DNA of 64,000 nt from the human T2T-CHM13v2.0 reference genome, Homo sapiens. This document shows, in pieces, positions 61,581-64,000 of the stretch (its first letter is position 1; every line of letters begins with the position of its first letter). Location of the stretch: assembly GCF_009914755.1 (NCBI RefSeq), contig NC_060941.1; one strand, given 5' to 3'. Made by a program: the position numbers and the translations under genes. The notes below the pieces were generated by a model. It was given only the letters and a program-made list of their open reading frames with translations, searched no databases and had not been told where the DNA came from.

Positions 61581-63314
61581 TACCCCCTTCTGAGGCCCCA
61601 CCATATCAGTTGCCATTACTCACCATGCAGAGCTGTGACTTCCCTTGCACGCAGCCTGCTTCTCTCGGGTCAGTAATTGCTGCCTGCTGTCTGGGCAACT
61701 GAGGGGGTCCCCTTGTCCCCCACCCCCAGGCTGTGCAGAATAAGATCCCTGGGCAACTGAGGGTGCTCCCTGTTCCCCCCACCCTCTGTCCCTCTGCCCC
61801 AGGTTGTGCAGAGGGAGGTCCTTGGGGTGGAACCCCAGAAACTTCCCCCAGGGTGAAATCACAGTGTCACGATCTTCACAACCCACCCTGCTACCCTGAG
61901 AACCAACAGAAGGCAACAGACGTGAGCCTGGCCCCTGATTCACAGCCCCAGTGTCTGCGGGACTGGTCCGGGCAGGAGGACGAGGCTGGACAAGCATAGG
62001 CAGCTAGCTGATTGCAGGGGGAAGGACAAGGTGGGGGTGGGGAGGCTGCTTGGAAAACTGCAAACAGATGTGGTCATCATAGCCACCCTCGTGGGGCCCA
62101 CCAGCGCCGCCTCCTTCTGCCCCTCCCTCACGGGCCTCCTTCCAATAAATGATGTTGGGGCTACTTCTGAGGTAGCTTCCCTGACCTCCCGCCCTTCCCA
62201 TCCACATGTATCTTCTAGAACCTTCCCAGATCTTCCCTGTGACTGGCCAAATCCCTTTACCGAAAATGCTACGGAAGTAAACAACACCAAGTTTGCCAAC
62301 GCTGTTTCTATGTCGTCTTAGGAGCCTCCAACTGGAGCAATAATTTTCTCCGTGGAAGAGTCTGCGGAACAGAAGCAGCCCAGGTCTTGGGTCAGAGAAT
62401 GGTCCTTGCTGTGCCGGGTCCTGTGTAGGAGTGTGGGCCGGTCCCATCACCCAGAAAGCAGAGCCCTCTTCAAGCCTGGATTGGGAGAGTCCCCAGGCAA
62501 TAGGGATGTCCCTGGAGACCCTAGCTGTTACCTCCCATAGTTACTTAGCATCTCTGTATCTCCTGCTCCTGCCTTTGTAAGGTTAAGTGATTTAACTTAT
62601 GCAAAGTGCTGTGCAAAGCCTTTAACACTTGCATGCATCTTTGATGAAGTTCCGTTTCCTTCATCTAGCCACATACTGTTGGGTTCTAGTAGAGTTTGGC
62701 CAATGTAGAGAGACTCGCCTTGCCCTTTGCGCTCCCAGAGTAGCGCGAGGGTGAAGTGAGCCCAGGCAGCAGGATAGAAGCCTGCCCTGCTTCCCCACGT
62801 ACCAGGTACTGTGCCAGGCCAAGAAAACAGCATGTCCTTCCTTCTCCCTCTGCGCCCCACCTCCAATGCACCAGTGCTCCCCAGAGCCCCTGCCTGTACC
62901 CAGAGCCAGACACAGATGACAGGGGAGAGGCCCTGGAGTTCCGGTCCCGGCATCTGTGATTAATATTTTGCAGGTTGATGGCCGGTGAGCATTTTTCCTG
63001 ACCCCGGGGAACGACTTGTTTGGCTCTTAGTGAGGGGTGGAAACAATTTTAAAAGTCGGGGGAGGGGGAGGTTGGGAAGAAACAGGAAAACAAGTATCCC
63101 ATAGTTGCCAATTGAACCCAGGGTTGGCTGATGCTTTTCTGCAGAAATCTAAGACGGCTGGGGGAGGGAGCAGGGAGGAAGAGGAGGGGAGTGGAGGGGA
63201 GGCCCAAGGTCCCAGAGGGGCCGTCCTGGGGTCCCGCTGGAGTCCGGGAGTTTACTGAACCTAAACTCCCAAAGAGAAAAGATGCACATTGGAGATCCCA
63301 GGAGAGCTGCTCAT

Positions 63315-63594
63315 TCATTCTCTAGGGCTGCTGTAATCAATGACCACAAACTGGGCGGCTTAAGCCAACAGAAATGTCCTCTCTCACAGTTATGAGGCTA
63401 GAAGTCCAAAATCAAGTTATCAGTAGGGCTGTGCTCCCTCTGAAGGCTTAGGGGAGAATTCTTGCTTGGCTCTTCCCGTTTCTGAGGGTTCCAGGCAGTC
63501 CCTGGCATTTCTTAGCTTGTTGCTTCATCACTCCAAGCGCTGCCTGTGTCCTCACATGGCTTTCTCCTCTGTGTGTGTGTCTGTGTCGTCTCTC
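63315..63594 (-). mobile_element. MaLR LTR (MLT1B/C-like), partial
   Basis: ctagggctgctgtaa...ccacaaactgggcggcttaa...caacagaaatg...agaagtccaaaatcaag...gctccctctgaaggct. Confidence 0.8.

Positions 63595-64000
<406 letters not shown>

Overview
Primate, most likely human, genomic DNA with very high Alu density. It contains one recognisable protein-coding gene, CDC42EP4 (Borg4/CEP4), on the minus strand. The whole 356-aa CDS (23154-24224) and a ~1.8-kb 3' UTR lie in one terminal exon (acceptor at 24337/24338, ATTAAA signal at 21365-21370). A ~25-kb first intron leads to non-coding first exon(s) in a CpG island at ~48.6-50.4 kb, with candidate donors at 49698 and 48686. The rest is interspersed repeat: about 60 Alu copies (many nested, with visible target-site duplications), MaLR/ERV1 LTRs, hAT and mariner MITEs (MER20, MER33, MER53, MER58, MADE1), MIR/L1/L2 fragments and simple repeats. 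Nearly all other ORFs in the track are Alu, simple-repeat or GC-rich shadow artefacts. I see no evidence of a wholly new multi-gene system. The best leads are cis-regulatory features of CDC42EP4: a candidate 10-nt microexon or near-recursive splice site in intron 1, an in-frame uORF separated from the CDS by a single UGA, a palindromic MER53 hairpin and two perfect micro-duplications in the 3' UTR, and a second first exon followed by (UG)26. There is also an apparently L1-retrocopied, polyadenylated LTR fragment. Repeat family names come from recalled consensus sequences, and repeat boundaries are approximate.
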